Below are positions 1 through 12,972 of a stretch of 64,000 nucleotides of DNA, one piece after another (position 1 is the stretch's first letter; each line of letters starts with the position of its first letter). The DNA is taken from assembly GCF_018977255.1 (NCBI RefSeq), contig NW_024704747.1, positions 23,126,001 through 23,190,000 on the forward strand. The letters run 5' to 3'. The notes beneath the pieces were generated by a model. It did no database searches. It was not told where the DNA came from and was given only the letters and a program-made list of their open reading frames with translations. Origin of the DNA: Callorhinchus milii. Its lineage: Eukaryota. The position numbers and the translations under genes were made by a program.

Positions 1-1251
1 TTTACTTTATAGAATATTCTGTGAAATGCTTTGAGACATCTCGAAGATGTGATAAGACGCTATATCAAACACAAGGATTATTATACCAGCCAAGGTCAAA
101 ACTAAGGAGATCTGTCCTATCTTTACATGTCTTTAGTCTGCTTACCCTGGATGCTCCCAACAGCCAGGCAATACAATGAGGAGAAACCCTCAGTTCTCAA
201 CACTGTTATTGCATTATAGTATGCAATAAAGACCTGTAAGCACTTGAAGCTGACACTGAATACCTGGAAAGGGAAAGTATTCAATATAATCTAGAACTCA
301 ACTTGATAGGAGCAATAACATTTCCTGTGAATGAATTTAGTGTAATTCAATATGAATTCCCTCAAATTTAAATGAATTTTGGACCATCAATGTGTAGGGC
401 TAGGGAACATGGGATGGTTTGATCCTTAGACACAGTAAATGGAAGAGCTTAGCAGAGAACAGAGGCCTGAGATTCAAACATTGTCAAACCCAGATTGAGC
501 CACATACCCCTCTAATATGACCAAATAAATCAATAGCTAATAAAGCTAATAAAGGCATCATTCAGAGGCTACTTCATAGCAGCCAGAGAGTGTAACTCTC
601 AGACACATTGGTTGTACTGGGATAAGACTGGAGTTTGTCGAAATTAGAACAAATATAGTTCGTATAGCACCTTTCACTTAAGGAGGAAGTCTGAAAATGC
701 TGGCCACCCAATGTGGGAAGGTAAAAGATGACCAAAAGTGGAGTCAAAGAGACAAGTCTTGAGACCAACCTTGAATGAGGGGAAAGACTGTAATTTCAGA
801 AAGCGGGGCAGAATGGCTGAAAGCCAGCCCGCTGCTGGTGGGCTGACTAACTAAAGAAAAAAAGGTTCTCATGCCTTCAGATGAATAACAAAGCCTTCAA
901 GAGCAGCTTACTGGGGTTAATTTGGGTAAAGAGTTCATAAAAGAACAGGATATAATTCATTAAAAAAAATTGCCTCTGGAACTAAAACATTCGTAAATAA
1001 AAGAGACTTTTTAATATCCTTCACCTGAAGATAGGTTTGAGAGCTTTTTAATAAAACTTGTGTATAACCTAACATTTTCTTCAATTACATTTTATAATGC
1101 TCAAGCCACAATGTATTATTCAATTGAAACTTATTACCATAAAAACAGTCTTATGTTATTCTTTAGAGAGCCAGTCAATTCTGTTAATGATAAGAAATTG
1201 ATTTTGGCGACTGAAACATGTTCAAGTGGAAGCTAACCAAAAGATTCTTAC

Positions 1252-1406
1252 AGGTACAGAAGTGGGATTTTCAGGATCTGGAGTTGGACAAGAAGTTAGG
1301 ATATCACAGAGAGTCAATCCATTATCGCAAACACAGATTTGGCAATCATTTGTATTCCAACTCTCTCCGTTACTTTTTATCACTCCATCAAATATGCAGG
1401 TGAAAT
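1252..1406 (-). CDS. COL3A1: Collagen gene B exon 2: truncated VWC (N-propeptide) domain
   Basis: Acceptor ttttctag and donor gtaaga; 155 nt, phase 1 to 0 as in COL3A1 exon 2; encodes (D)FTCIFDGVIKSNGESWNTNDCQICVCDNGLTLCDILTSCPTPDPENPTSVP with the VWC W-x4-CQICVCD-x-G motif. Confidence 0.85.
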
Positions 1407-2541
1407 CTAGAAAACAAATGTACAAGAGAACTGAAATCCACAGATATAAAACAATGGATACATTTCCATTTTGAACTCTCAATGGTATATGTTAGGTGCA
1501 TATAAATGACACATCCGGATATGAAAGACACTATATCAAATGTAAGATTATTAATTATTACTATTACTACTCTGCTCTTTCCCCAAACCCTCTGTGTTCA
1601 ATAATGTGATAAATGTAACTTGAAAAGCCATTTGTTAATGTGACACTTCCGATTAAGAGCAGAAATTGCTATTTGCACCTGTCATTATTGTAGCATTTTA
1701 CACTTTACACTCTAGAAAGCAGTATTCAATAACCTTCAATAAGTAATGTGATCAGTGTTCAGTGTACAAACACTCTCTTTTTCAAATCACCCTTCAGAAA
1801 AATAATGTTCAGCAGAGGTTCACTCCTCCAATCATTGAAAAGGAGAGAGAAGTGAATATTCACTCCTCCCAGATCATCTCGGGCACAACAAATTACATTT
1901 GTATAGCGCCTTTCATGTCAGGAGGACGTCCCAAGGTGCTGGACATTCAGGGATTTGGACATCAGAACACATTTAGCCTGTGTTTTGAATCAGAAGGCGA
2001 AGTCAATCGATTTGTGATAAAGAAAAACAAATAATTACAAACAATATATACAAAATAAAAATGTCCATTACTTCATATCATTTGGCACTAGTTTAACTTT
2101 AACAGTGAAGTGTGGTGATGGCTGTTGATAAGTCCTGACTAGGATAAGACTGTATCATATCACACCCCAATAGTCTACGAGCAAATAGAAATATGATACA
2201 GATCACATTAGTTCTAAGTCAGACATTGCCTAACTTTCTCTTAAAAATAAAGCATTTTGTATACTTTAACTGCCTATACAATCTGTATTACATCCCAAGA
2301 AATAGTCAAGCAACACTGTACTTCTTGAAATTGTTCAAAAATCTAGAGCTATCAGCTGAGGCTTCACTAGTGTAGAAATCCTCTCACTTTAAAGAAAATC
2401 GATCTTACGCTGCAGTTAAAAAGATGTTTGCTTTGCAAGATCAAGGATAAATTCCTGGATTTTATCCCAGATTTAACTCAACTGCTATCTATTTATTGAA
2501 AGACAATGCCGGAGAGCAAAATAATCTAAAATAACACTTAC

Positions 2542-2617
2542 CATTTTGTGCCCTTGTTAATGACGCCTGCGTTATTACAAGTAGGAGGAAAGTCCCTGTG
2601 TGCACAAAGCTATCCAT
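2542..2617 (-). CDS. COL3A1: Collagen gene B exon 1 coding part (signal peptide)
   Basis: AGACATGGATAGCTTTGTG start context typical of clade A collagens; MDSFVHTGTFLLLVITQASLTRAQN plus G, then gtaagt donor (76 nt, phase 1); splices in frame to 1252-1406; resembles COL3A1 MMSFVQKGSWLLL. Confidence 0.9.
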
Positions 2618-2648
2618 GTCTGCTATTAGACACAAGCCTCTCCTTGCA
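2603..2648 (-). promoter_or_regulatory. Collagen 5' stem-loop (LARP6-binding element), degenerate, enclosing the start codon of gene B
   Basis: Minus strand UGCAAGG-AGAGGCU-UGUGUCU-AAUAGC-AGACAUG-GAUAG-CUUUGUG: two stems separated by an internal loop, as in COL1A1/COL1A2/COL3A1 mRNAs. Confidence 0.8.
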
Positions 2649-2668
2649 AATCAAAGGGCGAGTGATTC

Positions 2669-2683
2669 TTAATGTTCTAACAT
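2669..2683 (-). promoter_or_regulatory. Short upstream ORF (MLEH*) in gene B 5'UTR
   Basis: ATG TTA GAA CAT TAA, starting 66 nt upstream of the main ATG; tetrapeptide uORFs are a known feature of type I/III collagen 5'UTRs. Confidence 0.6.
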
Positions 2684-2758
2684 CAAGTCAAAACGTATTC
2701 CTTCTCCTTTCAGCACAATCTCCAGGTCAAATAGCAATCTTGTGTCCAGTGATAATGC

Positions 2759-2766
2759 TTTAAATA
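2759..2766 (-). promoter_or_regulatory. TATA-like box of gene B
   Basis: TATTTAAA on the minus strand about 140 nt upstream of the ATG, implying a TSS near 2735 and a 5'UTR of about 115 nt. Confidence 0.55.
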
Positions 2767-3819
2767 GAAGTACAGCTGGCAATGTGTATCCTCGTTTCTT
2801 TCCCCTGAAAATTGTGCCTCAATTTGAGATCCTTAGAATATTACAATGTTTACTCATCGAGTTAAACAGAGAAGGGGAAATCCTCTGAGATTTAATTTTC
2901 AGTTTCTGCTGGAACAAGTTAATAGTTTGATTTCTTTCCAAATTTTAGTGTAACATCTATTTGGAAAAGGGGTAAGGGCAGACAGAGCCAAATTCAAATA
3001 CATTGGAAACAGCTGAATGTTGTACAAGACATCTGTGTTCATTGCACTTTCCCTGTTTCATCCTTTTGTTATGCCACCTATTGTGAAAAGTATGCTTTCA
3101 TGCAGTTCAGTTATTATTTATTCAATAATAAGCTGTGCATAATAATTAACTAAACAGGGTTCCTTCTAATCATTTCTTTAACAAATTTAACGGTTTACAT
3201 GATCATTAACACAATTTGATATACTTGGTCCAGCCTTCCATAAAATCAACTGGATTGGCATAGCGACAATGAACATTCATCACTTATGTTAAGTGCCGTT
3301 GGACTCCTGGGGAATGGATCAGACTGCAATGGAATGCACAGCTTCTGTCTGTGTTCAGCCTGGACCAAAAGTTAAGTTGCACATCACTTGGAAGAATATT
3401 CATTTAAACTCTCGTAGATGACCTAGAGAGTAAAGTCACCCCAGCCCCTACCACCCATCCCGACCTGCCGTCCTGGTGCAGTCTTGGGCCTTACAGTCGA
3501 GATGTTTCTAGGCTCGGACCTGGTGAGTGCTGAGTTAACTGATCTCAATCTATCAGTGCTCAGCAATGACACTAGAATTGGTCATGCAGTGAGTTTGGAA
3601 GGTAAATAAAATCACTCAAGGTTTCTACTCCTCGTTGCTGTCCACAGCCCTTGTTGTAAAGTGCGTTGATGCAGGTGAAAGGCATAATCAGCTTTTGTTG
3701 CCATAATAATAATCCACGTATTTGATAACCACAGTCACATTTCAAAATGTATCACAGGATTTCTACTGTGAAGCGTAGTGACACTTGATAGGTGAACACG
3801 ACAGTCAATTTTATATTAT

Positions 3820-4150
3820 AATAATAATCCTTAAATTTGATATGGTACTTTATCATATAATTGAGACAATTCAAAGTGCTTAAAATGATATACAGTACTG
3901 TTAAATGGTTTGACTGTGTATTTCGTGGGAGAAACACAGCAGCCAGTCTCTGCACAGTGTGACCACTTTTATGTTGCCACGACACTGGGAAAAACTCCCT
4001 TTTTTTTTGAATAGTGCTATGAATTGCTAACATGCACCTGAACTGGCAGACAGAACTTCAGTTTAACTTCTCATCCAAAGAACGGCATCCTCGACAATGC
4101 AACACACCCAGCACTGCATTGGCACATCAACTCAAACCGCTGAGCCAGGC
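3820..4150 (-). mobile_element. Old Deu-domain SINE (AmnSINE1/SacSINE1-like)
   Basis: Deu-domain-like sequence gaatagtgctatgaattgctaacatgcacctgaactggcagacagaacttcagtttaacttctcatccaaagaacggca; related copies at about 6300-6650, 42978-43260 and 60035-60430. Confidence 0.6.
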
Positions 4151-4509
4151 TGACACACGTATATCTTACAGTAAAATTGTGATACCATGAAATCACTGAA
4201 ACTAAGAGTCACTTCCTAACAAAGCTACACTTCGTAAAGCTTTGTCCACCACAAACAGACTGTGCAATGACAGCTTCACGTAGTGACACTGACTTCTCCT
4301 GGTTGACTCAGGTTTCTGTTAACAATTGTTGTGGGCAGAGGTCAAATTAGTTCCTGGAATAGTGACCCCTCAGGATGCCGGCCTTCACTGCTATCTTGTA
4401 CTGGTCAGTGTCTAAATCTCCAAGGAGTTAATAACACCAAGGATATTCCTGGGGTCTCCTCTATCCCTGTGAACTGCTGGAGTAGAGGGGATCCAGGATG
4501 TTCGTCAAA

Positions 4510-4720
4510 GCTATGCGGTTTTAGCTGATTAGACTGCAGCAGTACCCCAACGCACACTCTGGAATCCCCAAGCCTTGACTCTTGCCAATGTGGATACTTT
4601 CCGGAATTACGTAAGCAGGATGCTTCCCTCCAGAGAGAGAGTGTGCATTCCATTACAGCAATCTATCTCTGGAGTTTCCATGTTTAGGTGGGATGCAGAG
4701 AATTCTCAGTTTGGTCTGGA
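4510..4720 (+). repeat. Unclassified interspersed repeat, copy 1 of 3
   Basis: Homologous to 22200-22335 (+) and 27050-27255 (-); shared cores include ccttgactcttgccaa and tactttccggaatta-gtaagcaggatgc. Confidence 0.65.
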
Positions 4721-5790
4721 TGTTCTTAAGCATGGTGATGGGTTTCTGCATGCGGATATGCTGATCAAAAAAACAAAGGAAGGCCATGGTGCAAGTGATG
4801 TAGAGATGAAGATGGTTTGAGAATGGTAGTGTTATTCCCTTCTGCGATCTGTGGGCGTTTATGGTGAAGTCTCTTGAGGAGGAAAAGGAGATGAAGTTCC
4901 TAGTAAGGTTTACAAGGCCTGTGAAAGTTATATTCCATATTTCTCATGCTCTTAGGTCAGTAGATCTTTGAAATGAAGTCTGCTGCGGAGGTCACGAGTT
5001 CAAGAATCTGAAGAGGAAAAGCTAAGCAAGAGGGAAAGATATTAATTTATGCACAAAAGGTGGGAAAAGATGCGTGAGACTGTTAATACTGCTTTCAAAT
5101 CATCCTTCAATAGCTTGAGAAATTTATGGTGCAGGATAATGTTGTAGCGAGTAAGAACAAATACGGTTAAGAATCCAGAAAGGGTTAAAAGCAAGCAGAG
5201 ATTTTTGCGAATGGACGGAGCAAATGGAATGAATCTAAATAATATTCTTTTCTCAGCTACAGTTTCTTGCGTTAATCACATGCAGCATCACTCTTATAAG
5301 CAAATTATTTTCCACAAGATTGTAATAATAATGGTAACATTTTATATAGCACCCTTTCATGTCGGGAAGACATTCCAAAGCATTTCACAGGATTCACTGT
5401 TATGTTTATTGACTGTGTATGTGTAGGCAAAACGAAGCCTCCAATTTGCACATAGCAATGTTCCATAAACTTCCGAGAAGTGAATGGCTAATTTTATGTG
5501 AAAAATAAATTCAGCCAGGGTCATTACTGAACTTATGGTCCAAAATATGAGTTAGTCAGAGATGGGTTAAAATGTTGTGGTTTTGGCAGATCCAAATTGC
5601 TGGAGGCAAGGGATTAACATTTTGTAGATTTATGGCATTAATTTGAGTAGATGTAGACTAAAATAATTGTTGGACTTTCATTCCAAACATTTTTTTACAT
5701 GGGTCAAACACACAGAATCTGCACACTGCTGGGACATAATATTACAAATATTTTCCATGTTCATCTCTCATCATTGATACATTAATAATT

Positions 5791-6081
5791 TAATAATAAT
5801 AATCCTTACATTTGATACAGCGCTTTACACATCTTCTAGACGTCTCAAAGCGCTTCACAGAATAGACGGTAAAGTAAATTGACTGTATATTTGTGGGCGA
5901 AATGCGGCAGCCAATTGTGCACAGCAGTGTTCGTGGGGAAAAAAAAAAGTGGGATTTTTCTTGAGGGATTATCTTCAGGCATGTGGATTACGAAAACTTG
6001 CCCAAGGTTTCACCCTACTGGGAATCAAACCCAGGTCTCGCTTGTAAAGCGAGTGCTCTAACCACTGAGCTACAGGACTCC
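5791..6081 (-). mobile_element. tRNA-derived SINE, full length, short subtype
   Basis: Head ggagtcctgtagctcagtggttagagcac with A and B boxes, gcacaattggctgccgc core, L2-like tail ending in (ATT)n. Confidence 0.85.
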
Positions 6082-9000
6082 AAATTGTACTTGATTGGCA
6101 CATATACCAAGCAGGACTGTCAAGGACATTGGGCCATTCTTCTGATGTGAAAGGCACTATATAAATGTACATTTGAAATGTATTACGCATTGTATTATAC
6201 ATAAACGTAGAAAGTTAGAAATGAGCACTTTATGAGGGAGAAATTCTACTGAAAATAATCATTGTATTTGACATTTATCACATCGTCAAAACGTCTAAGT
6301 GCTCCAAGACTCTGTATATAAGTGCTCGTCATCATTGTCTGAAAAGGGTTTCACATATTTTACTGTAAAATATAGTGACTGTGTACTAGTAGTCGAATGG
6401 GGCAGGCAATATGAATTGAGTGACAATCCTAAAAACAGTCATGAAGTGAATAACTAATTTGTATCTGGGTAATTAATCAGGGCACCAAAATAAACTTCCT
6501 TCTCAATTTGAATAGATTCATGAGAGCATTAACATCCACCACTTGAACAGGCAGAAAAAAAATGTTGGTTTAATGTCTCCTCCGAAGAATGACACCCCCT
6601 GCGTCTAGACTTATTCCATTTTCTTTGCATTTCACAGTGTCAGAAATTTGAGAAATTGTTGATTTCAGTCTTAGATCAAAGAGTAAGAACGAACCATAGG
6701 TTCTAACTGGACGTGACTGAGTTGTATTATAGCCCACAGATTTTGTAGCCAACATGCAGTCACTCTTGCACAAGCTCTGCCCACTATATAGTAGCACAAA
6801 TTGGCAAATAATGCATTATGCCTGAAAATGTTCTAACAACAACAATAATAAGATGAAATAGCATTTGATATAGCACTTATCAGATCAGCGAGACATTTCA
6901 AAGCATTTCATAGGATATATTGTAAAGTGATGTGATTGTGTGCATTTTGTAGGCCAATTGGCAGCTCTGGAGTCAGCGATCGATTGTATTTGGGTCATAT
7001 TGCCACAGATAAGCATGATGCACACCGCTGAATCCAATTCATCGCTGCCTGGCTATTTGACAATCTGTAACTGTCGATTTATATGAATGAACCTTGTTCG
7101 ACCGTGGCTGAAATAATAAATGTTGGCAGCTGTGTATTCACACTCTGAGAAGTATTAACCTCTAATCCAGGACCAGTAGGAGCCAGCAGATCATGACTTC
7201 AAAGAGACGGTGTATTCAGTCACAGTATGAAGTAAAAGCAACATCCTACTTCCCGCGGTTCATCCTAAACTATACCACCATCATAAAATGCTTTGAAGGC
7301 GTTGATTTGTTTTCTCCTGAGATGAACCTCTTTTATTTTGCCCCTAACAATAATTGCCTTGTTCAATGCAAAAAATATTCTTTGTGAATTACAAGAAGCA
7401 TTTTTAAAGGACAGAAAACAACAATAGCAGCTGGCATTTATATAGTGCCTTCAGGGAGAACGTCTCAAAGCACTTTACAGAAACAGAGTGGGAGATAAGA
7501 GGGTTTAGATGGTACGTGACAATTGGTGCAGTCAGAGAGAGAGATGGGTTTCAGATAAATTCTGAAAGTAGAAAAGAAGGAAGCAAGGCAAAGGATTTAG
7601 GGAGAGAGTTTGAGAGAGCAGAGGCAAAGTGGTGAAACCTCTCCCAGTAGTGATGGGGTGCAGGGTTTGGGGTAACGAAGTCTGCATATTCTGCAATCCA
7701 ATCTATGTGCCTTGCTCAATCCCATAGTTTAAATGAAGAAAAGTTCTCGTAAATAAAGACAGATATCCTCAACCCTTAGGAGGTGAACGTTCAAACACCA
7801 TATTGTCCTCCCTGATGATGTTCAGATGGAAGAGGTTGTCTGAGTCAACCACTATAAAACAGAAAGTCTCAAAAATGTCAAAATACTTAACTGGTTCAAC
7901 TTCACCATTTTTGTTTGGAAGATCACAGCTGCAAAGCTCTCATGGGGGAAAAAACATAATTGAGTGAAATCATAATTGATGCCAAACACAAAGCTACTCC
8001 TTCAAGAATAGTGCATCTCATGTCACCCTCTTTGCCAGGATCTTAACTTCACTCTTTCAATGTTTTTTTTTAAATATAAGTTTCAAAAGATCTTGCTTTT
8101 AAGTGCTAAATTTTCGGTCTCTCTTTGGAAGCCAGTTTCGCACAATTCTTTCAAACTCATCAGCAATCACAGATTTCAAGACAAAATGGACTTATAGAGT
8201 GGAAATTTGAGCCTAGCTTCTTGTAAGTAGGATTAATGCCAAGATATTGCTCAATTAAAACAAAGCTTGATGCTGGGATTGGAGGACAGTAGGGCAGGGT
8301 TACTAGAAGATGAGATCAAATGGGCTGAAGGGCCTTCTTCATCCAAACCCATCTTGTGATACGTAGAAAGACATCAACACTGCCAAATAGTGGGAAACCA
8401 AGTAATTTTAAGCATTAAATATGAACTTTTAGCAGGCCAATGAAAATAAGGCAACTGTAAATAATTTGAAGTGACAGAACTTATTGCTTTAATGTTGAGA
8501 AAAGGGTTATGTTGGAACAGGGGAAGGGAAGGATGGAAACAATTAATAAACAAGATGGGGTCTGTCAGATAGAAACAATTTTGTAATAAAAGTAAGGTTG
8601 CCTGCATTGCAACAAAACAGACAGTATTCTCCACTGCGCAACTGGTAGAAAATTCTATGGTAGAAAATTTAGGAAGCATTTTAGGGAGCTGTAAGAAGAA
8701 CGTTCAATTGTTTGAGAAACTCGAACCAGCTCCTGCTTCTGTGATGTCTATCATATTCCAGATGTCATGGTATTTGTACCAGAGATAGAACATGTTAGGT
8801 TGCAATTGGTAATGTGAGCAGAATGACAAACTGTACAGCCAGAATGAATGTTAAACTTAACAAACATTCAGGCTGGTTAAGGTTTCAACACATACTTCCA
8901 ATTCTAAATACAGCTATTGCTCAGTCAGGTTCATACGGAGATAAACCAAGCAGAGTTAATTCATGAATTACAGGACGTTACCCTGTGTGAAAGACACTAT

Positions 9001-9394
9001 ATAAATCAAGTTGTTGTTACAACGATCACGCATAATAGAATGAGCAAAATGCAATGCCAAGATATACGTATATTAACACACCTTCAAAAAACAACACTGC
9101 TTGATGTAGCTTATTTGTTCTCAGTGAGAATGGTTTCAAATGGCACTTTGTTTGAAGATTCCTAAATGGTTGTATTTTCCAGTTGATAAGAATTTTTGTA
9201 TTTGATACAATGGTGAAATGTCTCAAAATGCTTCTCAGACAATTGTTGTCAAGTGTAGTGACTATATATTTGTAGACCAACATGCCAGCTGAAAATACCT
9301 ACTTGTCAAACCTTGTGGTTTACTGTAGCACATGCTTGCATATAAATAAGAAACTCATACTTGATATTACTTTATGATGGCCTTCAAGTTATTA

Positions 9395-9546
9395 CTCTAC
9401 CCCCTCCTCGCTCCCTCCCTCCCTTCCCTCCCCTCACCCTGATCATTTCCCCCCTGCTCAGATCCTGACCCAACTGTCCAGCGCCTTGGGACGTCCCCCT
9501 GACGTGAAAGGCGCTCTATAAATGAAATCTTGTTGTTGTTGTTGTT
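9395..9546 (+). mobile_element. L2-type LINE 3' end
   Basis: Near-identical to 57506-57650; ends gcgctctataaatgaaatct(tgt)n. Confidence 0.8.
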
Positions 9547-11365
9547 CTGTGTAAGATATCAACTAAAGCAATGAATATGAGCCTATTGAACAATCTGTTA
9601 AGTAAATGCATAGTTAACCTGAACAAACATGTCTGGTGTGCATGATTATTTACATTTTGTTGAATCAATTTCTCCCCCCGAAATTAAAATATTTGGTTGC
9701 AAGAAGAACTCCGAAAGGCGACATGACAATAATAGGATCATTCTCAATCTAGGATAGGACACGGTATTATAGTCACATTGCTGCAATAAAAACAGTTCTG
9801 GAAAGTTAATTGTTAATCAGAAATCATTTCCCACTTCATTCTGAAATAAAATACTTGGGCAATGTGATAGCATATTTTTATTGATGCCCTAACACTGGGC
9901 TCTAACTGGGATACAATTGTGTTGGAAAATATAGGTGACTTTCTGCTGCTTATCATTCTGTAACCCAACAACTTGGTGTTTCAAAGTTTTGTGTCAATGC
10001 ATTGCCACTTACCTAGACTCAACCGCACACAATGGATTTCACTGTTAGGAAACTTGGCAACTCCCACAATTTGAGTGCATTGCGAAAGCAACAGGGAACA
10101 ATCAACTAATACAGAGATCTGTTCTGATTCCCAGAAACAATAACCATGGGGATTGCATAGTTAGATTCATCCTAAAGTTTTGTTGAGAAATGTTAGGCCA
10201 CATCTGGGATACTAATTCAGTCGCTGATTGCTAAAGAGACAGGAACCACCCAGAAGGTTTTCAGACCAACTCTAAATGTTACTTGCTTAACATTTTAAAT
10301 AGAGGAGTATTGTCCAATGGTATTTTACAATAACACACTTTTTGAAGTGGGTTTATCACAACAGCAAATGAGTATCACATCCATCAACTGAGCCACTTGG
10401 TCGGGTGAGATTGCATTAATTACTGGCAGTTTGCAATCTCCATTATTGTAAAGCCTTTATGCTAGCAGTTGGATAAATTAAATTCAACAGGCTTTGTTTG
10501 CACTCACATGCCCATGCTAATTTTTTTAAAAAGAAAGCTAATTGTTTGGAAAGGTCACTTTAGGGACTTTAAGTAATAATAATAATCCTTGCATTTGATA
10601 TAGCGCCTTATCACATAGTTGAGATGCCTCAAAGTGCTTCACAGAATATACTGTAAATTGTAGTGACTGTATTTTGTGTGAAACACGGCAGTCAGTTTAT
10701 TTTTTTGCTTTATGACTCTTTTGTGCGGAAAGAATCTCACTGGTGAACCAACACAAAGCAAGCCACGGTTTAGTGATAACTGTGGAGAACATATCAGAAA
10801 CATTCAGATAATGGGTTGAAATATTAGCATTTTATTGCACTATAGTAGAGCTGGACATCGCCCAATAATGCTGAGAGGGTGGGATTGCCTCATGTACCTT
10901 AGGGGACAGAATGGAACTCGGAATAGGAAATGCTGCAAGAAAGGGGTTGCTTATGGCCAATGTAGTGAGAGCATTAAACTGCTGAGTTAGTTGATTGCAA
11001 TGCCTCAAGCCTTGGGAGAATTTTTTGCTATCGTGCCAAAAATGTATGTTTTTATTAGCAAATTTGTTTCACAACCAGCACGTGCAAATCCAAGTCACTA
11101 ACTCACCTGTACAACTAATGGCTCCATAGGGCAATCAGTTCTGTAAATTTGCAGCTCATGACAAATTATTGAAAACATATTCTAATATTAAAGCTACTGG
11201 TAGTTTGAAACCACTAATAACACACTAAAATCAATACAATACAAACAATTCAAAATACCCAATTTTTGGTGAAGACAATTCATATTTTCTTCTATTTTCT
11301 TCTACTTCATTGCTGATAATTTTTTAAAAAAATTTTGTATTAACTTGAATTCCTTCATTCACTGT

Positions 11366-11687
11366 GGAGTCCTGTAGCTCAGTGGTTAGAGCACTCACTT
11401 TGCAAGCGAGAGACCTGAGTTCAATTCCAGGCAGGGTGAAACCTTGGGCAAGTTTCCTTACTCCACACAGAGCCTAATAATAATCCCTCCAAAACCAAAA
11501 ACAATAATAAATTGGTCATTTTCAATCTACGACTGTTTGTGGGACATTGCTGTGCGCAATTGGCTGCCGCGTTCGCCCACAAATATACAGTCAATTCACT
11601 TTACAGTATGTTCTGTGAAGCGCTTTGGGACGTCCTCCTGACGTGAAAAGCGCTATATCAAATGCAAGGATTATTATTATTATTATT
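11366..11687 (+). mobile_element. tRNA-Ala-derived SINE, full length, short subtype
   Basis: GGAGTCCTGTAGCTCAGTGGTTAGAGCACTCACTTTGCAAGCGAGAGACCTGAGTTCAATTCC head, CCTTGGGCAAGT box, Deu-like core, stem-loop tail plus (ATT)n. Confidence 0.9.
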
Positions 11688-12948
11688 TATCTTTCTGTCA
11701 CATCCTGATATCTATTTTTCTTAAGATGGGAGCAACATTATTTTATGAAAAAAACGTTTTCTATCAGCTAAAGCTGTGTTAGAAGCTGTGTTCACAGCTG
11801 TTGAAAGGCTGAAACACGTAGATGAGGGCATCTGAGTTTTGGATGAGCTCGAACTTGTTTACAGTAGAACTAAAGAAGTAGGTAGGGAGGCATTAAAGAA
11901 GTCAAATCTGGAAGTGATGAAGGTGTAGATGAAAGGGTTCAGTCTAAACCCCAAAATGGGTGTCATGAACGCAGTTGGGATACTTTAAAGGCTAAATAAT
12001 GGGGGCCATCCGAATAATTTAAACTCACTTTCCATTGTATAGCTCAACTTACTTTGTTGTCAACTTACCTTGTATCGAAAGTAGAATTTGTTTTTTAGTT
12101 TGATGGTAACAGCTAATGCTTGGTTACTGGTTTCTGAATATGTTTATAAAATGGATGAATCCAGCTACAATTTGCAGCCTTAATTTTAATTCCTGCTGAG
12201 TTGACGTTTGCACTCGGACATCTGTTAATGGGCGGATTTCACTAGATTTCGACAAACAGCTGTGCAAAGGAGGATCCAGTAACACTCCAGTACATTTCCT
12301 GCATTGGCACTGACAGCTTCCAAGGAAACTTTCAGAATCTTAATTGGTGACTAATGCATGTATAACGGATTACATGGAAAGGAAAACAAATTGTGCAAAA
12401 CAAATACATTTTCACAATTTGAAAGAAAAACAATTTGAATCTTGGGTTATTGCTAAAAACAATAAGTTCTATTGCATTGGGAGCTTGAAGCTTTGTAGTA
12501 TTTTTCAGGCAGAATTGTGTAGGTTAAATAGGGTAAAAGTTTGATGCTATACAAGGCAATACACGCAGATCTTCATCTATACACATTTCTAATAGGAAAT
12601 CCCATGAGTGGCCAATGTTACCAAAGTGATGAGTATAAAGCTCACTGGAATTTGTCCCCAAACACGAGGGCAAATATCATTCTAGCAAAATGTCCTAATA
12701 TTCTGATTGAGATTGTCAAAGCCATATTATTACAACCTGATTGATCAGGAGCGTTGACACAAAAAGGGACTATGCTTAGGTTCATCATCAGAAAAATCCT
12801 TGCACTTAATATAGGAACTGTCATGACAGGTAGGTTTTTCAAAGTGCTTTACAGAATTTATTGTAAAGTGTAGTAACTGTGTATATGTATTTTGTAGGCC
12901 AGCAAATCTTTCATTACAGAAGAAGATCATTCAACCCATCGTGCTTAT

Positions 12949-12972
12949 TCTCTCTCTCTCTCTCTCTCTCTC
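12949..12972. repeat. (TC)n microsatellite
   Basis: About 12 TC units. Confidence 0.9.

Noticed and set aside
141-195. gtaagc donor-like site as possible exon 3 of gene B
   Set aside because: No Gly-X-Y or N-propeptide-like translation and no convincing acceptor; exon 3 probably lies left of the window.
1252-2617. Gene B as COL5A2, the usual COL3A1 neighbour
   Set aside because: It has the same orientation as gene A, a 5' stem-loop with an M-x-S-F-V start, and a VWC exon ending in phase 0; these are type III traits.
11366-11440. tRNA-Ala gene
   Set aside because: No acceptor stem closure, and it continues into a SINE body present in many diverged copies.
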